Assembly: GCA_011049045.1 (NCBI GenBank)
Contig: DSCO01000057.1
Coordinates: 8,015 to 72,014 of the forward strand
DNA: 64,000 nucleotides
Direction of reading: 5' to 3'
DNA from: Methanomicrobia archaeon
Lineage (GTDB): Archaea > Halobacteriota > Syntropharchaeia > Alkanophagales > Methanospirareceae
Shown: positions 49,467 to 59,229 of the stretch, piece by piece
How positions within the stretch are numbered: position 1 is the stretch's first letter
Layout: the number at the start of each line of letters is the position of its first letter
Notes under the pieces: model-generated
Seen by the model: the letters and a program-made list of their open reading frames with translations, nothing else
Database searches by the model: none
What the model was told of the DNA's origin: nothing
Program-made: the position numbers and the translations under genes

Positions 49467-49620
49467 TGCTAAGAACCCCCTCAAAACCCCCTCTTTTAAT
49501 CAAATTATCTGCAATCAGAATTATCTTCTTCTTTATATTTAAATTTTCGCCTCAAACCCACCCTATTTTCGGCTTCCTTAAGCGCGTTGCTGTTTTTCGT
49601 CTTCTCAGTGAAGACCAGCA

Positions 49621-50736
49621 ATGGCTCTTGAAGAAGAAGCCGAACTCGATGCACTCTTGCAGGCCTTAGCCCGGCCCGGAGCGGATGGCGAATACCCGCT
49701 GCCCGAAGAGAAGCCGATCAAGTATACGAACGTTGACGTCGTTGTGCTTCCGCACGGCTACAAATCAGAGTATCCGAAGCCCGAGCAGAAAGACGAGGAC
49801 GCTACGGCGGAGAACGATTCAATCGCGCAGTTCACCGACTCGTTCGCGCTGAAACTCGACGAGGCGACCGAAGAAGACGGGACGCTCCGCGTGCCCGCAA
49901 CCATCGCGCATTCCAAGCACGTCTATGGCTACAACGACGGCGCGATCAAAGCGGTGAAGCCGTTCAGCGAGCTCGAAGCCGCCGCGCGGTTCGCTAACGG
50001 CATACCGGTCACGCGCGACCATCCGAAGGCGGGGATCGTGACCATGCGCGACCAGGTGCTCGGATTCCTGCGCGATCCGCGTGCAGAAAGCGACGTGCTC
50101 ACCGGCATACTCGAAATATCAGACAAAGATCTGATCGCGGACATCAAGGCAGAGAAGCTCAGCGACGTCTCGCCCGGGTACTTCTGCACGCTCGATACGA
50201 GCGACGAAGCGCGCGGATCGCTCGGCGACGGCAAGGAATACAACGCGGTACAGCGCGAGATCTTCCTCAATCACGTCGCAGTCTGCGCGGAAGGCCGGTG
50301 CTCGTCGCGGGACGGCTGCGGGCTCAATATCGTGCCCACCACCACAACCGAAAGCGCAGAGCAACCTGCAGAACAGCCCGATCAGTCCGCTACAGTCTCG
50401 CAGCTCCAGGAAGCGAAGGACGCGGTCGCGCGGTTGAAGCGCGAGCGCGCGGAAGCAGCGGCGCAGCGTGACGAAGCGGTCGCGCAGCGTGACGCATTGC
50501 AGCAGAAGCTCGCCGAGCTCGTGCAAGCGGAGAAGGACGCGCTCGTTGCAGAGCTCACCACGCTGCAGGACACGAAGACTGAATCAGATCTGCAGGCGCT
50601 CGATCTTGACGCGCTAACGAAAGAGCTCGATATGGTCAAAGGCCTGCGCACTGCGCGGTTAGCCGCGCCACGGAGCGAAGTTAAGGGCAGAGCACGCATC
50701 GATGAGGTGTATGGAAAGATAGGAGGTACAGGATAG
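49621..50736 (+). CDS. Phage prohead protease/scaffold-like protein (putative)
   Basis: 371 aa; acidic N-term, central domain, long Ala/Glu/Gln coiled-coil C-terminus typical of scaffolding proteins; assignment tentative. Confidence 0.4.
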   Translation: MALEEEAELDALLQALARPGADGEYPLPEEKPIKYTNVDVVVLPHGYKSEYPKPEQKDEDATAENDSIAQFTDSFALKLDEATEEDGTLRVPATIAHSKHVYGYNDGAIKAVKPFSELEAAARFANGIPVTRDHPKAGIVTMRDQVLGFLRDPRAESDVLTGILEISDKDLIADIKAEKLSDVSPGYFCTLDTSDEARGSLGDGKEYNAVQREIFLNHVAVCAEGRCSSRDGCGLNIVPTTTTESAEQPAEQPDQSATVSQLQEAKDAVARLKRERAEAAAQRDEAVAQRDALQQKLAELVQAEKDALVAELTTLQDTKTESDLQALDLDALTKELDMVKGLRTARLAAPRSEVKGRARIDEVYGKIGGTG

Positions 50737-51248
50737 CTGTATTCCGTGAATGCACAATATCATTCATCGGCATTGCCGGTTGGGATCTTGTGGAGAAAGA
50801 AGGATGAGGACGGGTTCTACGCGCGGTACGACCCCGTGCTTCTGTGCCGCACAACCAGAAGCCAAGACGGAAGAAGAAATCGCTTCGCCGCGGGCCCGCT
50901 TCGCGGGGGCGTGCACTACATTTTTTCTGGCCGAGCTGCGCGACGTTTACGGTGCGCTATAAATTAGCTCAGTTAGCAGTCAAAAAGCGTACCGGACTCT
51001 TATTATTGGTTTCTGTGAGCGGTCAAAACGTGGGCCTCCTTAAACGCGGGTAGGTTCGTGAGCACAAACATGATGCTCATGGCAAGGTCAAAAGGCGATG
51101 CCGGGGCGGATATGCGGTGGGTCGAACGGAAGGTGATCGATGGCAATCAGGTATGGTATCGCAGCGCCTTCGCGGCTGTTTCGCTTTCGCCTGGGCGATT
51201 GCTGCTACCGAAACACCGGCACGCGCCCGTTAGGGTGGGTGCGCGCAG

Positions 51249-51776
51249 ATGAGTGCGGACTGCGCAGCGGCACGCGCCGGTGGAGCGGTAATTCCGGTAA
51301 GGAAGAGCAAGAAGCCGGTTCGGGACCACAGGACGATCGTGATCTCGAAGGATGCGTATGCGGTGTTGACGCGGCGTGCGGAAGAAGCGGGAAGTGACCG
51401 TAAGACAATCGCGTCAAAAGCGATCACCACGTACACCACAGAAAACGAAGTACTCAACGGGTTACAGCGCGCCATTGCGGATAACAATGACCTTACTAGA
51501 GCTATTCAAAGCGCGCTGATGGAGAAGCTCAAGCCAGGCGCTCCTGAACTCAGCGGTGAGGAACTCAAGGAAATCGTACACGCGCATAGGGAAATCGCGC
51601 AGACGATCAAGGAAACAGCGCATGCGCTCAAGGAGCTGGAGAGCATACGTCCAGCGAGAAGCACAGACGAGCACATCTCTTACCGGTGGCTCGACGATTG
51701 CTATCCCCCCGAGCAGTCCCGGAAGCAGCAGGATGGGGATAGCAGTGTGCCTGCGGGTGGTGTGAGCGAGGAATGA
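51249..51776 (+). CDS. Putative terminase small subunit / DNA-binding protein
   Basis: 175 aa; immediately upstream of and 4-nt overlapping TerL; position-based call. Confidence 0.4.
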   Translation: MSADCAAARAGGAVIPVRKSKKPVRDHRTIVISKDAYAVLTRRAEEAGSDRKTIASKAITTYTTENEVLNGLQRAIADNNDLTRAIQSALMEKLKPGAPELSGEELKEIVHAHREIAQTIKETAHALKELESIRPARSTDEHISYRWLDDCYPPEQSRKQQDGDSSVPAGGVSEE

Positions 51777-53197
51777 GGTTCGAGGTCCAGCTCCCGGGAG
51801 AGCAGCGCGGTCTCGACCTCTTCCGCTTCGCCAGCAGGATTTTAGGGTACTCGCGGCTGGCGGAGGATCCGCATCATGCCTGGTGCAACGAGCTGGATCG
51901 CAGGCATACACGCTCGCTCTGGCTGGAGCCGCGGCATACGTACAAATCAACGATCTTTACCAAGTCATACCCCATCTGGCGGTTGCTCGGTGATCCGAAT
52001 CTCAGGATACTGATTGTGAACGCGACTGCGGGAAATGCCGAGGCCTTCCTCAACGAGATCGTGGGCCAGTATCTCCGGAACGAGAAGCTCATCAGCCTCT
52101 ATTGGAGTTGCTTCAATACCGTGCCACTCGATCCCCGGTCAGCAAAGACAAAAGCCATCGTGCTCAATACGCGCACGCGCAGCTACAGCCAACCCAGCAT
52201 CGCCACCGTCGGCGCGCTCGGCAATCTCGTCTCCGCGCACTACGATCTCATCATCGTGGATGACCTGTGCAACATTGAGGATCGCGAAAGCCCCTCGATC
52301 CGTGAAAAGAAGAAGCGGTGGTTCAATGATCTCGTATCCGTGCTCACGCCGGAGAGTGAGCTCGTGGTCGTGGGCACGCACTGGCATTTTGATGATGTCT
52401 ACTCATATATCATCAACGAGATCGATCCGAGGCTCCCTGAAGAATACCGGTACTACATCCAGTGTGAGTCATGCTACGACGAGGATGGATCCACGCCACG
52501 GTTCCCCTTCGTGCTTCCAGCTCAAAAACTCCACGCGCTCAAGGTAGAGAAGGGCACCTTATTGTTCGCCTGCCAGTACCTGAACCGCCCGATCCCCGAA
52601 GAAGATCAGGTCTTCAAGCTCGAAGCGCTGCAGAAGATCGCGAAGTCCGAGATCGATCTGCAGCGTGCGGAGGCGTTCGCGTTCTGCGACCCAGCGCTGG
52701 GCGCCAACGATTATTCCGCGATCGTCACCCTCCTGAACTACAAGGATTCGTGGGTCGTATTCCACTGCGACCTCTCGAGAGCGGCGCATTCAAAGCTCAT
52801 TGACAAGCTCATCGAGCTGCAGGGCTTCTTCAATTACAAGCAGGTCGGGATCGAGGCGAACTCGCTCGATAAAGCCAAATCAGACCCCAACCCCTGCAGC
52901 TTCGAGCTCGTGCTGCGCGAACGGCAACACGTTGCCCGGGTCACTGTCCCGTACAAACTCGTCTGGCATACCACGCCGAAGCTCGCCCGCATTCAGGCGA
53001 TCGAGCCGTACTACTCTTACGGGCAGCTGCTCTCTCTCGACACCTGGAACCAGGATTATCCCGAGCTCGTGGAGCAGCTGGTCCATTATCCGCTTGCAGC
53101 GCACGATGACGGGCCCGATGCGCTCGCGGGCGCTATTTCGATGATACTCGCAAATGAGAAAGCACGGCGGCAGGTGCTTATACCGCGTGCGCGATAG
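51773..53197 (+). CDS. terL: Terminase large subunit
   Basis: 474 aa; ATPase Walker-A-like region (ILIVNATAGNAEAF), Walker B DLIIVDD, C-terminal RNaseH-like nuclease acidic residues. Confidence 0.8.
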   Translation: MRFEVQLPGEQRGLDLFRFASRILGYSRLAEDPHHAWCNELDRRHTRSLWLEPRHTYKSTIFTKSYPIWRLLGDPNLRILIVNATAGNAEAFLNEIVGQYLRNEKLISLYWSCFNTVPLDPRSAKTKAIVLNTRTRSYSQPSIATVGALGNLVSAHYDLIIVDDLCNIEDRESPSIREKKKRWFNDLVSVLTPESELVVVGTHWHFDDVYSYIINEIDPRLPEEYRYYIQCESCYDEDGSTPRFPFVLPAQKLHALKVEKGTLLFACQYLNRPIPEEDQVFKLEALQKIAKSEIDLQRAEAFAFCDPALGANDYSAIVTLLNYKDSWVVFHCDLSRAAHSKLIDKLIELQGFFNYKQVGIEANSLDKAKSDPNPCSFELVLRERQHVARVTVPYKLVWHTTPKLARIQAIEPYYSYGQLLSLDTWNQDYPELVEQLVHYPLAAHDDGPDALAGAISMILANEKARRQVLIPRAR

Positions 53198-53358
53198 CCT
53201 ACGAACGCCCATACCTGTCTTGTCCGCGCAACCGTGCTCTCGTTTTCGCAAAAGGTCGCCATTGCAGCAAACAAGCACCCGCTCTGATTTCGAGATCCGC
53301 GGCACGTGCTTGTTCGCTCCTAAACCTAGGGAATAAGAGCAGGCCTCGCTCGCGTGGC

Positions 53359-54087
53359 TCAAAATCGTTTCGGCAATGCGCGTTCATGCAACTTCACCGC
53401 GAGGATGAGGAAGAGTGCGGAAAAGCTGAGCAAGGCCGCGAAATCCACCGTGAGCGGATAATAGGCCACGCCCTGCAGGGCGAACCGTGCCAGATCGGTG
53501 AAATAGGTTAGTGGTGAGAGTGAGGCCACCGCGACACCCCAGCCCGGCATCTGCTCGATCGGGATAAAGATGCCGCTGATGAAGATCACGGGGAACTTCA
53601 CAAAGGTGGAGAGCATCACGATGTTGGAGACTAAACTCGTCGGCGGGCTGGAGAAGAGCGAGCCGAGCGAGGAGAAGCAGAACGCGGCCAGAAAGATCGC
53701 CGCGAGTAAAATGACCGGACTCTGAACGCCGACACCCAGCGCAACGCCCACAGCAACGGGCACGGCGGAGATGCAGACGCCGAATATGAAACTGGCGAGG
53801 ATATCGCCCAGGATCAGCGTTCGCATCGTGATGGGACAGGAGATGAGCCGCTCAAGCGTTCGCATTTGCGTCTCCCACGGCATGACCACCGGCGAGACCG
53901 AGGTCGCCGTGAAGAAGAGGGTCATGGCCGTGAGCCCGGGAATGAGGAACGCCGCGGGTAAGTTGCGACCGATGGAGAAGGCGAAGAAGAGAAAGAGGGG
54001 GAACAATACCCCGAAGACGATCACGGGCCCTTTATAGTAGTAGAGCTGGATGTCCTTCCTGGTGATCGCCAGGACCTTCCAGATCAT
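53359..54087 (-). CDS. ABC-2 family transporter permease
   Basis: 242 aa, 6 TM. Confidence 0.8.
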   Translation of the reverse strand: MIWKVLAITRKDIQLYYYKGPVIVFGVLFPLFLFFAFSIGRNLPAAFLIPGLTAMTLFFTATSVSPVVMPWETQMRTLERLISCPITMRTLILGDILASFIFGVCISAVPVAVGVALGVGVQSPVILLAAIFLAAFCFSSLGSLFSSPPTSLVSNIVMLSTFVKFPVIFISGIFIPIEQMPGWGVAVASLSPLTYFTDLARFALQGVAYYPLTVDFAALLSFSALFLILAVKLHERALPKRF

Positions 54088-54989
54088 TCCGATGCACCTC
54101 CTGTTAGCTTCACAAAGACGTCCTCCAGCGAGGGTGTTTGCACGTTTACACTGAGGAGCTTCAACCCATTACGCGTGGCGAAGTCCACGATCGCGCTGAT
54201 CACTTCGTGCGGGTCCGTGGTATACATCCGGTAAGCGTCACCCACACGCTCGGCACCAGGTAAGGGGCTGCTGAGTGGTCGGTCAAAGCTGCACTCCACG
54301 GCTACCGTACCACCGAGCCGGCGCCGCAACATCTCAGGACTTTCAAGGGCAACCAGCTTGCCGTGGTTGATGATCCCCACACGATCGCAGAGCAGGCTCA
54401 CCTCCTGCATGTTATGGGACGTGAGGAAGACGGTCCGCCCTTCATCCCGGAGCTTCAGTATCTTCTGCCTGATCGATCTCGCGCTCTGGACATCGAGGCC
54501 GCTCGTCGGCTCGTCCAGAAAGAGCACTGCAGGATCGCTCACGAGCGCCATAGCGAGCATGAGCCGCTGCTTCATACCCTTCGAGAAGCTCTTCGCCTTG
54601 CTCGCGCGCCGCTCATAGAGCTCGAATTCACTGAGCAGCGTGGCTGCTCGCTGCGCCGCGTCATGCCGGGGGATGCCGTATAACGAAGCGATGAGCATGA
54701 GGTTACCCCACGCCGTCAGATCCACATAGGCATTCGCCGTCTCGGGGACAACGCTCTGAACGGCCTTGGCCTTCGCGGTATCCTTCTGGAGATCATGCCC
54801 CAGCACCCGCGCCTCGCCGGCGTCAGGCTTGATCACGCCGGTGAGCATGCGTACCGTCGTTGTCTTTCCCGCGCCATTCGGGCCAAGGAAGCCGAAAACC
54901 TCGCCGCTCTGCACGGTGAAGGTCACACGGTCAACTGCCGTGAGCCCGTTATACCTCTTGCTTAGGTCCGTTACTTCGATTGCGTCCAT
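54084..54989 (-). CDS. ABC transporter ATP-binding protein
   Basis: Walker A GPNGAGKTT, signature SKGMKQRL, Walker B LFLDEPTSGLD. Confidence 0.9.
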   Translation of the reverse strand: MDAIEVTDLSKRYNGLTAVDRVTFTVQSGEVFGFLGPNGAGKTTTVRMLTGVIKPDAGEARVLGHDLQKDTAKAKAVQSVVPETANAYVDLTAWGNLMLIASLYGIPRHDAAQRAATLLSEFELYERRASKAKSFSKGMKQRLMLAMALVSDPAVLFLDEPTSGLDVQSARSIRQKILKLRDEGRTVFLTSHNMQEVSLLCDRVGIINHGKLVALESPEMLRRRLGGTVAVECSFDRPLSSPLPGAERVGDAYRMYTTDPHEVISAIVDFATRNGLKLLSVNVQTPSLEDVFVKLTGGASE

Positions 54990-55305
54990 CTGCCCCCTCC
55001 AGCAGGTCTATCACGATACGACGTGATTTCAAGCTCCAGACCTTCTCAGGAGCGCCGCCGCCTTCCTCCTTGTATCCTGAAACCGCAAGTATACCCGCTT
55101 TCTTCAGTTCCGCGAGATGGTAATACAGGCAGGGCGCCGTCATGTCTTCCTCATGTTCCCGTAAGCACTCCTGTATCTCCTTCGTGCTCTTTGCACCGTC
55201 GCCAATGCACTCGATGATCACCCACCGTGTGGAGCAATGCAGAGCCCGCAGAAGCGTACGCAATCGCTCACCCTGACCCTCGTTGCCACGGCACACACGC
55301 TTCAT
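54949..55305 (-). CDS. ArsR-family HTH transcriptional regulator
   Basis: 118 aa; wHTH (TKEIQECL…YYHLAELKKAGIL); first gene of ABC-2 operon. Confidence 0.6.
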   Translation of the reverse strand: MKRVCRGNEGQGERLRTLLRALHCSTRWVIIECIGDGAKSTKEIQECLREHEEDMTAPCLYYHLAELKKAGILAVSGYKEEGGGAPEKVWSLKSRRIVIDLLEGADGRNRSNGPKQEV

Positions 55306-55398
55306 ACCTCTGCATATCTCAGTGCTATAGTTAAATATTCAAGTAATACATTTTGATGATGCGATGGGACGCTTAGGGATGTCCCAGCTCGTGGTACA

Positions 55399-56196
55399 AT
55401 GAACAGGAAATGTGGACGGTGCATTCTTGCGGTGGTAGCCATTCTTGTTGCTACGCTGTTTGTTCCGGGCTGCGTGGAGGAAGCTCCGTCCGCTACGTAC
55501 ACCAATTCCATCGGTATGGAGTTCGTACTGATCCCCGCAGGCGCGTTTGAGATAGGCTCGCCCATGAACGAAGCGGGTAGAGACGATGACGAAGGTTCCC
55601 TCCACCGGGTAGCGTTTCAGCATGCGTTCTACATGGGTGCTTATGAAGTTACGCAGGCGCAATGGCGTGCGGTGATGGGCTCAGATCCCGCGTCGTTCTT
55701 CGCGAGTGACGACAACCTGCCGGTTGAGATGGTCTCGTGGGAAGACGTGCAGGAGTTCATAACGAAGCTCAACGCGAAAGAAGGCACGGATACGTACCGG
55801 CTGCCCTCAGAGGCCGAATGGGAATACGCCTGCCGCGCGGGCACCACCACACGCTATTCGTCCGGCGATTCTGCTGTAGAACTCGACGAGTACGCGTGGT
55901 ACGCTGATAATTCAGGCACTGAAACGCATCCGGTGGGTGAGAAAAAGCCGAACCCCTGGGGGCTTTATGATCTGCACGGCAACGTCTGGGAATGGGTGCA
56001 GGATCTTTACCATGAAGGCTATAACGGCGCGCCGACCGACGGTAGCGCCTGGGAGGGTGAATCCAGCTCGCTTCGGGTTTACCGTGGCGGTAGCTGGCGC
56101 ACCGTCGCTGCTTACTGCCGTTCCGCGTCCCGCGGCTGCGCCAGCCCGACCATCCACTGCGACGACATAGGCTTTCGCATCGTGCGCGCGGTGTAA
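55399..56196 (+). CDS. Formylglycine-generating-enzyme (FGE)-sulfatase/SUMF1-domain lipoprotein
   Basis: 265 aa; signal peptide with Cys, RLPSEAEWEYACRAG, GLYDLHGNVWEWV, RGGSW motifs. Confidence 0.8.
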   Translation: MNRKCGRCILAVVAILVATLFVPGCVEEAPSATYTNSIGMEFVLIPAGAFEIGSPMNEAGRDDDEGSLHRVAFQHAFYMGAYEVTQAQWRAVMGSDPASFFASDDNLPVEMVSWEDVQEFITKLNAKEGTDTYRLPSEAEWEYACRAGTTTRYSSGDSAVELDEYAWYADNSGTETHPVGEKKPNPWGLYDLHGNVWEWVQDLYHEGYNGAPTDGSAWEGESSSLRVYRGGSWRTVAAYCRSASRGCASPTIHCDDIGFRIVRAV

Positions 56197-56305
56197 CGGG
56201 TTACTGCGTTACCACGATACTGCGTGCGCTAGGCGAAGTGGCGCGCAAAGCAAAAAAGGGATCACCACGTTACTTACGATCGACGTTAGGAGAATACAGT
56301 AACGC

Positions 56306-56566
56306 GTGCGAACTGTAACTCCCGTCCTCGCTTTAACAGCAACTATAGTACCGATGCCTTTTGTGAAACTTATCATGAGCCAACAAATAGTACTGCCAAC
56401 AATCGTTGCGACAATTACCGCAGTGGTAGTCTGGCTGCTGTTAGATTATTTCACGGGCGGTACGGTATTTTTAGTAGGAACGGTATTGAAAGCGGTGTTA
56501 TTTGCGGTGGTTTTTGGGATCACGTATGTATGGTGGTCTCACATCTTCGCTCGGCGCCTGCGGTGA
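56306..56566 (+). CDS. Small membrane protein
   Basis: 86 aa, 2-3 TM. Confidence 0.3.
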   Translation: MRTVTPVLALTATIVPMPFVKLIMSQQIVLPTIVATITAVVVWLLLDYFTGGTVFLVGTVLKAVLFAVVFGITYVWWSHIFARRLR

Positions 56567-56806
56567 AGAACAGCGCGTCGCTTCGTGCGTCGTTCGCGGT
56601 TCGGGAAGGCGTAGTCATCCTTGCGCTCCGCGAACGTGCGGACAATCCTCGACGCTCAGCTTCATACCGCTGGCTCGAGGACCGGCGTTACCCACTACCA
56701 GCCGGGCGCAAGCACTCGCAGTCCTCCCAGTATGACCCGCCAGCCAGTTCTTTTATGCTCGGATGTCTCAAGCTAAATGATAGCTGCGACAGGTGTGGAT
56801 CTCACG

Positions 56807-58003
56807 ATGAATGACGCGATCAGAGCGGACTTTCCTATTCTGCGTGACCTGATTTATTTCGATAATGCCGCCACGAGCCTCACGCCTGAGCCCGTTTTGC
56901 AGGCGGTCTTGAGCTACTACCGGGAGTATAAGGCGAATGTGGGCCGGAGTTCGCATCGGCTGGCGCATGAGGCGACCCAGCGGTATAATGACGCACACCG
57001 AAAGGTCGCGGAGTTCATTGGCGCGGGCGGCGAGGGCGAGGTGATTTTCACGAAGAATACGACGGAAGCGATCAATATGGTCGCCTACGGCCTGCCCTGG
57101 AAACGGGGTGACGAGGTGATTACGACGCTCCTCGAGCACCATTCCAATTTCCTCCCCTGGCTGCGGTTGAAAGAGCGCGGCGTGGTCCTGAAACTTGTAG
57201 AGCCGACGAAGGAGGGCACGTTCGAGCTCGCGGATTTCGAGCGCGCCATGAGTGAGCGCACGCGCCTGGTTGCGGTCACGCATGTCTCAAACGTGCTGGG
57301 TGCCATCTCGCCCGTCAAAGAGATCGCGGCGATTTGTAGAGCGCACGGGATCGGTAACGGCGCGTTGTTGCTCGTTGATGGCGCGCAGTCCGTTCCACAC
57401 CTTCCTATCGCGGTGAACGAGCTCGGGTGTGACTTTCTTGCCTTCGCCGGTCATAAAATGCTCGGCCCTACAGGTACCGGCGTCCTCTGGCTCAAGGATC
57501 CGCAGAAGTTAGAGCCCACCTTCTTCGGCGGCGGGATGATCGAAACGGTCTCCCGGGATGCGTTTACTCCGATCGCCGGTTACGAGCGCTTTGAAGCAGG
57601 AACGCCGCATATCGCGGGCGGGATCGGCCTGGGTCGTGCGGTCGATTACCTCACGGCGATCGGGTCTGAAAAACTCTGCGCGTACGAGGCACGGCTAACC
57701 GAACGCCTCGTGGAGGGCTTGCTCGCGATCGAGAAGGTGCAGGTTTACGGCCCCCTGAACTTACGCGATCGGCTAGGCGTGGTTTCTTTCTCGATTGACG
57801 GCCTGCATCCGCAAGATGTCGCATTCATGCTCGACAAGACGGCGAGCGTTATGGTGCGGGCCGGTTATCACTGCTGCATGCCGCTGATGACCCATTTGGG
57901 GCTGAAAAATGGGACGGTCAGAGCATCGCTCTATCTTTACAATACCGCTGAGGAGCTCGATACCTTTTTAGAGACGATTGCAGGGATCACGAAGGTCATG
58001 TAA
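56807..58003 (+). CDS. sufS: Cysteine desulfurase (class V aminotransferase, SufS-like)
   Basis: PLP-lysine FAGHKMLGPTG, catalytic Cys RAGYHCCMP; internal start MNDAIRADFPIL chosen. Confidence 0.85.
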   Translation: MNDAIRADFPILRDLIYFDNAATSLTPEPVLQAVLSYYREYKANVGRSSHRLAHEATQRYNDAHRKVAEFIGAGGEGEVIFTKNTTEAINMVAYGLPWKRGDEVITTLLEHHSNFLPWLRLKERGVVLKLVEPTKEGTFELADFERAMSERTRLVAVTHVSNVLGAISPVKEIAAICRAHGIGNGALLLVDGAQSVPHLPIAVNELGCDFLAFAGHKMLGPTGTGVLWLKDPQKLEPTFFGGGMIETVSRDAFTPIAGYERFEAGTPHIAGGIGLGRAVDYLTAIGSEKLCAYEARLTERLVEGLLAIEKVQVYGPLNLRDRLGVVSFSIDGLHPQDVAFMLDKTASVMVRAGYHCCMPLMTHLGLKNGTVRASLYLYNTAEELDTFLETIAGITKVM

Positions 58004-58082
58004 AGCACAATGAGGTCAACTGCAACGTGAAGAGCGGATTGGTGATTGGTATCTACGATCATCCTCCGGGGGTGGTGGCGTT

Positions 58083-58523
58083 ATGACAAATGAAGCGGGA
58101 TTAGTGGAAGTATTGAGGGCGGTAGGATATTCAGCGAAGGTCGTGGACTATTACCTGAAGAAGCTTAATGTTGGTGTAATTGAGGGTGTCGAGGGCGTGG
58201 ATTCCTTTGGGGGTCCCTGTGGCGATAGTATGAGGATATACCTGAAGGTTGAGGATGGTATCATAACAGATGCTAAATTTGAAGCCCAGGGGTCTGCAGG
58301 AACATTCGCATCAGGCTCTGCGGTCACGGAGATGATTAAGGGAAAGACGCTGCGACAAGCCAGGAAGATAACAGAGAACACTGTGCTCGAGGATATAGGG
58401 GAACTTCCGGTGCAGTGGCATTTGGGCCCCCACCTGGCTATAGACGCGCTCAGAAAGGCCATTGAACGGTTACAATACAGTACACAGTGGGATAACGTAG
58501 GTGAGCGATTTGAGAAGCACTAA
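58083..58523 (+). CDS. NifU/IscU/SufU-like N-domain protein lacking two of three canonical Cys ligands
   Basis: 146 aa; GGPCGDSM retained; FGCGSAIASSS-equivalent is QGSAGTFASGSA; HC-equivalent is GP. Confidence 0.6.
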   Translation: MTNEAGLVEVLRAVGYSAKVVDYYLKKLNVGVIEGVEGVDSFGGPCGDSMRIYLKVEDGIITDAKFEAQGSAGTFASGSAVTEMIKGKTLRQARKITENTVLEDIGELPVQWHLGPHLAIDALRKAIERLQYSTQWDNVGERFEKH

Positions 58524-58663
58524 TTTGGACGTGGCAGGATAAATAAAAACTGAAAAATAACTGGGGATATAAGACTGAGTCACCATAGAAATAAGCTTGT
58601 AAACTTTACAATTGACTATTATTCTGCTAAATTTAATGTTATATTTTTGATCATTTAAACGAA

Positions 58664-58990
58664 ATGATTGAAATTGCTAAACCATTATTAGAGCCAATTT
58701 TTGATTTAATCCCCAATAAAGGCGGTTATATCCTGGATACTGGAACAGGTCCTGGTACAATACCCTTTGCTTTCATTAAGATGCAGAACCTCAAAGATGA
58801 CATGAGAATGGTGGGAACAGGTCCATCTCAGCCTGCTATTAACTTTGCAAATCAGATGGCAATCAAATTAGAAGTTGAGATTTTTGTCAATTTCAGACTA
58901 AGGACCTTTGAGGATATCCCGTTTCCAGATAATACTTTTGATGTCGTAATTTCAAATGCCTTGGACTTATACGAGCTGCTCTATGCAGAG
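58664..58990 (+). pseudogene. 5' fragment of class I SAM-dependent methyltransferase
   Basis: ILDTGTGPG motif I; AT-rich; ORF continues into unrelated GC-rich sequence after ~110 codons. Confidence 0.4.
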
Positions 58991-59229
58991 GATTCGATAC
59001 GGCACATCCTCATGCGGCCTGAGCAGTGCGGCCCACGCGGCTGGCGGCTATGCGCGTGGAGCCGCGCGCAGGGTATTCTACGCGACGAGCGCCGCTCCGC
59101 ACAGAAGAGAAAAGTAACGCCAGCCGTGAAGGCGGTAGCGTGCACGTAAAGCGCGCTTTCATAAAATTGCTGAAAAAGAGTAACCTTTTTATGAGCACCT
59201 ACTGACAGAACCAAAAGAGGTTTTAGAAA

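Larger units (their letters stand above)
47700..53300. mobile_element. Prophage/integrated virus-like remnant (AT-rich nuclease insert + head-morphogenesis genes + terminase)
   Basis: TerS-TerL pair, prohead protease/scaffold-like gene, HNH and PD-(D/E)xK-like genes in a sharply AT-rich 1.8-kb segment; no integrase or att site identified. Confidence 0.45.

Noticed and set aside
50746-51250. Small ORFs between scaffold-like gene and putative TerS
   Set aside because: Arg/Ala-rich, overlapping on both strands, no SD; possibly small phage genes but unsupported.
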